The notes under the pieces: model-generated | Database searches by the model: none | Told to the model about the DNA's origin: nothing | Seen by the model: the letters and a program-made list of their open reading frames with translations, nothing else | From: an uncultured Candidatus Peribacteria bacterium | Lineage (GTDB): Bacteria; Patescibacteriota; Gracilibacteria; UBA4473 | Direction: 5' to 3' | DNA: 38,100 nucleotides | Assembly (NCBI GenBank): GCA_964625805.1 | Contig: CAZVBV010000001.1 | Span: forward strand, 1 to 38,100 | In this document: positions 35,101 to 38,100 of the stretch, one piece after another | How positions within the stretch are numbered: the first letter of the stretch is position 1 | How the letters are laid out: the number at the start of each line of letters is the position of its first letter | Made by a program: the position numbers and the translations under genes

Positions 35101-35369
35101 GCTCTTTTTTAAGGTTTTTTTATATTGTAATTTCTTTCTGTTTTTTTAGTAAATAAATAATATATATAACTAGTTATTAATAGAAAAAAAGAGGTGTAAA
35201 AAAGGGAGTTGTTTTTATAAGGGAAGAAATTAATAAAACGCAGTTCGTTGGTGTTTTTGTGGGGAAAATATTTTATCAAAAGGAAGTGGGATTTGGTAAA
35301 AAAAGTATTCATTTCTAAACCCCCTGGTGGAGTGGGTTTTTGTGACGAAAAAAAATATCCTGAAAAACG

Positions 35370-35387
35370 TGTGGAAAATGTGGAAAA
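35370..35387 (-). promoter_or_regulatory. two abutting perfect DnaA-box matches
   Basis: The minus strand reads TTTTCCACATTTTCCACA, two head-to-tail matches to TTWTNCACA. Weaker boxes lie at 35426..35434 (AAATCCACA) and 35258..35266 (TTCCCCACA). Confidence 0.45.
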
Positions 35388-35440
35388 CTATTGTAAAAAA
35401 TGTGCACCATATTTTTGCAAAAGAGTGTGGATTTTTGGGA

Positions 35441-36640
35441 TTATTTTTGAACCTCTCCAGGAGGGCAAAGTTTTGCACATTCAATACGTACTCCAGGCAT
35501 AAGCATTGCATGAGTTCCGATCTGTGCACCCTTTCCAATAATAGCCCCGAGTTTCTCATGAAGAGAGTCTATTTTTTCATCTTTGATTTGCACACGCACT
35601 GTTTTCTTATCAAGTCGAAGGTTTGCCGTACAAGAGAAAGCCCCAAAATTCACGTCGCGATCAGCGATAGTATCTCCTACATACGCAATATGAGTGGCTA
35701 CGTTCGGAGAAAGAAAACTTCGTGCGATTTCAGTGTTATATCCGGCAACGCATTTTGATCCGAGAATTGAATTTCGTACCAACGCGTTATTTCCGACGAT
35801 GGCATTTTTTCCAATATAACAAGGCCCTTGGATAACGGCATTTTCAAAAACACGAACGCCATCTTCAATAAACACCCCCTCCCCCTTAATTATGGCGCTG
35901 TCGGCAATTTCCGCGACAGGAGAGATACTTGTTTTTTGTTGGGCGAGAAGAATTTCTCCAAGCTCGAGCACATGCCATGGGTATTTTACCGCCTGCCAGA
36001 TACCTTCGTACTCTACGGCGACAAAGTTTTTTGTTTCAAAGAGAGCCTGAAGCGCCACCTCATAAACGTCGTCATTTTGTGATTGAGCACTCTTTAGTGC
36101 GGACTTAAGATCCCCAGCGGACGCGAAATAGTGCGCCACAATATTTACCATATCCGACGGCTCATTTCCCTCTCCGGGTTTCTCTATGATTGAGGTTATT
36201 TTGTTTTCACTAGCCACTTGCAAATATCCCCCTGGGAAATATTTTTGGGTTTTCTTTGCCAAAAGCCCTCCATCTTTCCCTTCTACTTCTTCGAGAATTT
36301 TTTTATAGGCAGAAGTTTCGACGTAGTCATTTCCTCCAAGAATAAATACCGCCTCGTCGTCATTTGTAAACTCAAGACCATCAATAACTCCACCGGCCAT
36401 TCCGTCATCCAAGTTTTTCTGGACAGCAATTTCAGCTGGGAAATTATTAGATTCCAAAATGGTTGTAATCGCATCGGTATTTTCTCCGTTCGTTACCACC
36501 ACAAAATTCTCAAGGCCTCCTTCTTGTGCGCCTTTTAATAACTTCAACACCAGCGGCTCTCCACAGAACTCGAGTAAGTTCTTATCAGACAGTGGCTCCA
36601 TTCGGGAGCTTCGACCCGAAGCCAAAAAAATAGTTTTCAT
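35441..36640 (-). CDS. sugar-1-phosphate nucleotidyltransferase fused to a left-handed beta-helix acyltransferase domain (GlmU-like, archaeal-type architecture)
   Basis: N-terminal IFLASGRSSRM (the LAAGxGxRM-type motif) and C-terminal hexapeptide repeats (IGKNAIVGNNALVRNSILGSKCVAG...). Confidence 0.8.
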   Translation of the reverse strand: MKTIFLASGRSSRMEPLSDKNLLEFCGEPLVLKLLKGAQEGGLENFVVVTNGENTDAITTILESNNFPAEIAVQKNLDDGMAGGVIDGLEFTNDDEAVFILGGNDYVETSAYKKILEEVEGKDGGLLAKKTQKYFPGGYLQVASENKITSIIEKPGEGNEPSDMVNIVAHYFASAGDLKSALKSAQSQNDDVYEVALQALFETKNFVAVEYEGIWQAVKYPWHVLELGEILLAQQKTSISPVAEIADSAIIKGEGVFIEDGVRVFENAVIQGPCYIGKNAIVGNNALVRNSILGSKCVAGYNTEIARSFLSPNVATHIAYVGDTIADRDVNFGAFSCTANLRLDKKTVRVQIKDEKIDSLHEKLGAIIGKGAQIGTHAMLMPGVRIECAKLCPPGEVQK

Positions 36641-36886
36641 TTATTGAAGAAGTCCTAAGTCTTCTGCCGCCTCGTTTAGGTCCCGCAGGATATATTCTAC
36701 ATCACTTTCGTCAAATCCATGCCCCAAAATACCATCGTTGAGCGACTCGTTTGCGCCGTGCGCGCACCCTGCACAGCCCAAACCGTGGGCATGTAAAATT
36801 TCCCCCGCCTCTGGCATGAGGTGTAGAATTTCTTCGATAGGTTCGGAACCATCGAAAGAAAGAGGTGCTTTTTTTGGGGTTGTCAT
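36641..36886 (-). CDS. DUF1858-like small redox/CxxC protein
   Basis: 81 aa. IEEILHLMPEAGEILHAHGLGCAGCAHGANESLNDG fits the DUF1858 (hybrid-cluster-protein-associated redox disulfide) pattern. Its stop abuts the next ATG with a 0-nt gap. Confidence 0.55.
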   Translation of the reverse strand: MTTPKKAPLSFDGSEPIEEILHLMPEAGEILHAHGLGCAGCAHGANESLNDGILGHGFDESDVEYILRDLNEAAEDLGLLQ

Positions 36887-36915
36887 CGCGCGCAGTTTAG
36901 TACAAAATAGAACTA

Positions 36916-37752
36916 ATGAAAAACGAATTTGATGAACAATATAAACGCCTTCTCAAGACGATTTTAGATCACGGTATCGAAGAAAAGAACGAACGCACGG
37001 GCCACGTCTGTAAGAGCCTTCCGGGGATGACGATGAAGTTTGATGTGGGGCAAGGATTTCCTCTTTTAACACTGCGAAAAATTCCTTTGAAAGTATTTAT
37101 TGCCGAACAAATGTGGTTTTTGATGGGACAAAAAAACCTCGCATTCCTTCAGCGGTTCACCAAGATTTGGGATGAGTTTGCCGAAGAAAACAACTGCGTC
37201 GAATCTGCCTACGGGTATCGGTGGCGAAAACATTTCGGGCGGGATCAGATTGACGGACTCGTTCAACTTCTCGAAAAAGACCCAAGCTCTAGACACGGAG
37301 TAATCCTCATGTGGGATCCAGCGGATGACGGGTTGGCGAATGGAATTAAAAAGAAAAACGTTCCGTGTCCTTACACCTTTACGGTGCAGATTATGGGCGG
37401 ACGACTCTGTCTTCACTTAATAATTAGATCAAACGATATGATGCTCGGGAATCCGCACGACGTGTCGGGGTTTGCGTTCCTCATGCACATGTTGGCACAG
37501 AGACTCAATGTTGGACTCGGGTCACTGACGATTTCAATATCAAACGCGCACATTTACGACATTCATTTCGACCAAGCACGGGAACTCGTGAAAAGAGAAG
37601 TAACCCACGAAGCGATTCAATTCAAATGCCCAGAGAATGCGTTCAGCCGAGCAGAAGATGGAGACGAAACACTCGTGGAAGAGGTGTTCGCAGAACTTAA
37701 AAGCCACATCGATCCACAAGAAAGCGTGGGGAAGATGAAGATTGTGTTGTAA
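36916..37752 (+). CDS. thymidylate-synthase-family (ThyA fold) pyrimidine C5 one-carbon transferase; substrate uncertain
   Basis: Aligns without gaps to E. coli ThyA blocks, recalled from memory: ERTG, GFPLLT, AEQMWFLMG, IWDEFA, DPSSRH, the catalytic-Cys block VPCPY, IRSNDMMLGNPHDVSGFAFLMHMLAQ and NAHIY. Asp182 (GAC 37459..37461) replaces the invariant Asn177 of E. coli. Confidence 0.85.
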   Translation: MKNEFDEQYKRLLKTILDHGIEEKNERTGHVCKSLPGMTMKFDVGQGFPLLTLRKIPLKVFIAEQMWFLMGQKNLAFLQRFTKIWDEFAEENNCVESAYGYRWRKHFGRDQIDGLVQLLEKDPSSRHGVILMWDPADDGLANGIKKKNVPCPYTFTVQIMGGRLCLHLIIRSNDMMLGNPHDVSGFAFLMHMLAQRLNVGLGSLTISISNAHIYDIHFDQARELVKREVTHEAIQFKCPENAFSRAEDGDETLVEEVFAELKSHIDPQESVGKMKIVL

Positions 37753-37862
37753 TTAAATAGCTATCCCCGGCTACAAATCCTCTATTACATTGATTCTAAA
37801 ACGAACCAAGAGAAGTTTATAAGTCGGTTGTTCTTTGGGTTTTTTAAAAAAGAGTAAGACTT

Positions 37863-38100
37863 TTATTTCAATTTTTTATGACAAAGCCACCAGTCATAAC
37901 ATTCAAACTCCCCGCTTTTTGACTTAGCGATTCTTTCTTTTGCGGTTTTTACATCAGTAGCAGGGGGAATTATTACACGGTCTTTTAGTATCTCATTATT
38001 CGGCCAATTGGCGGGGATAGCAACTTTGTTTTTATCAGAAATTTGTAGGGCTTCGACGATTCTTAATATTTCATCCATATTTCGACCGAGTTCTTGTGGA
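37863..38100 (-). CDS. peroxiredoxin (Prx6/archaeal-type), C-terminal part; gene starts beyond the right edge
   Basis: The frame stays open upstream of the track Met to the window edge (..[19 protein letters not shown]..). GRN.DEILR..ALQ...[10 protein letters not shown]...VIIPP....A.ER......ECYDWW.C.KKL is the characteristic C-terminal region of this peroxiredoxin class. Confidence 0.75.
   Translation of the reverse strand, partial: PQELGRNMDEILRIVEALQISDKNKVAIPANWPNNEILKDRVIIPPATDVKTAKERIAKSKSGEFECYDWWLCHKKLK

Noticed and set aside
35109-35758. ORFs of 67-143 aa in the rpoC upstream region
   Set aside because: They lie in the AT-rich intergenic DNA or antisense to the GlmU-like gene. Their Phe/Lys/Asn-rich composition reflects AT-richness, not coding.

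Overview
Densely packed bacterial chromosomal segment. It looks like a reduced-genome, uncultivated lineage (Patescibacteria/CPR-like), which is inference only. The standard genetic code applies, because TGA acts as a stop at coupled gene junctions. Content is mainly housekeeping genes. In order: dprA (partial); an N-terminally minimal M24B peptidase; secY; a stand-alone 16S rRNA gene with its own promoter, processing helix and terminator (no tRNA, 23S or 5S behind it); ychF; a HAD-IB-like hydrolase; xth; a NifS/IscS-type cysteine desulfurase overlapped with a Trm9-like methyltransferase; fusA; a DUF559 endonuclease cassette; an MsbA-like ABC exporter; metG; a 1019-aa secreted DUF2341/LamG/cadherin-like protein with two small partner genes; lexA-recA; Fe/Mn SOD; rdgB; rbfA; a DnaQ-exonuclease/DinG-like fusion; two orphan proteins; rpoC-rpsL-rpsG; a GlmU-like nucleotidyltransferase; a DUF1858 CxxC protein; a ThyA-family enzyme; and a partial peroxiredoxin. 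I saw no CRISPR array, tRNA, transposase or integrase. Observations most worth a second look: (1) the ThyA homologue has Asp at the Asn position that selects uracil, which predicts cytosine specificity; (2) the ABC gene is bracketed by a 26-nt duplication of the metG 3' end, and the DUF559 gene by 32-nt direct repeats; (3) a structure-conserving TGTCAT hairpin (REP/MITE-like) family fills several intergenic gaps; (4) the 16S anti-SD core is CCGCC, none of about 25 inspected start codons has an SD, several genes look leaderless, and recA has a 78-nt G-free leader; (5) secY and fusA share a near-identical promoter/leader module; (6) tandem perfect DnaA boxes lie next to an AT-rich block upstream of rpoC, which lacks an adjacent rpoB; (7) a palindromic candidate LexA operator sits inside the lexA promoter. 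All promoter, operator and function calls come from manual reading only. No database search or computation was run.
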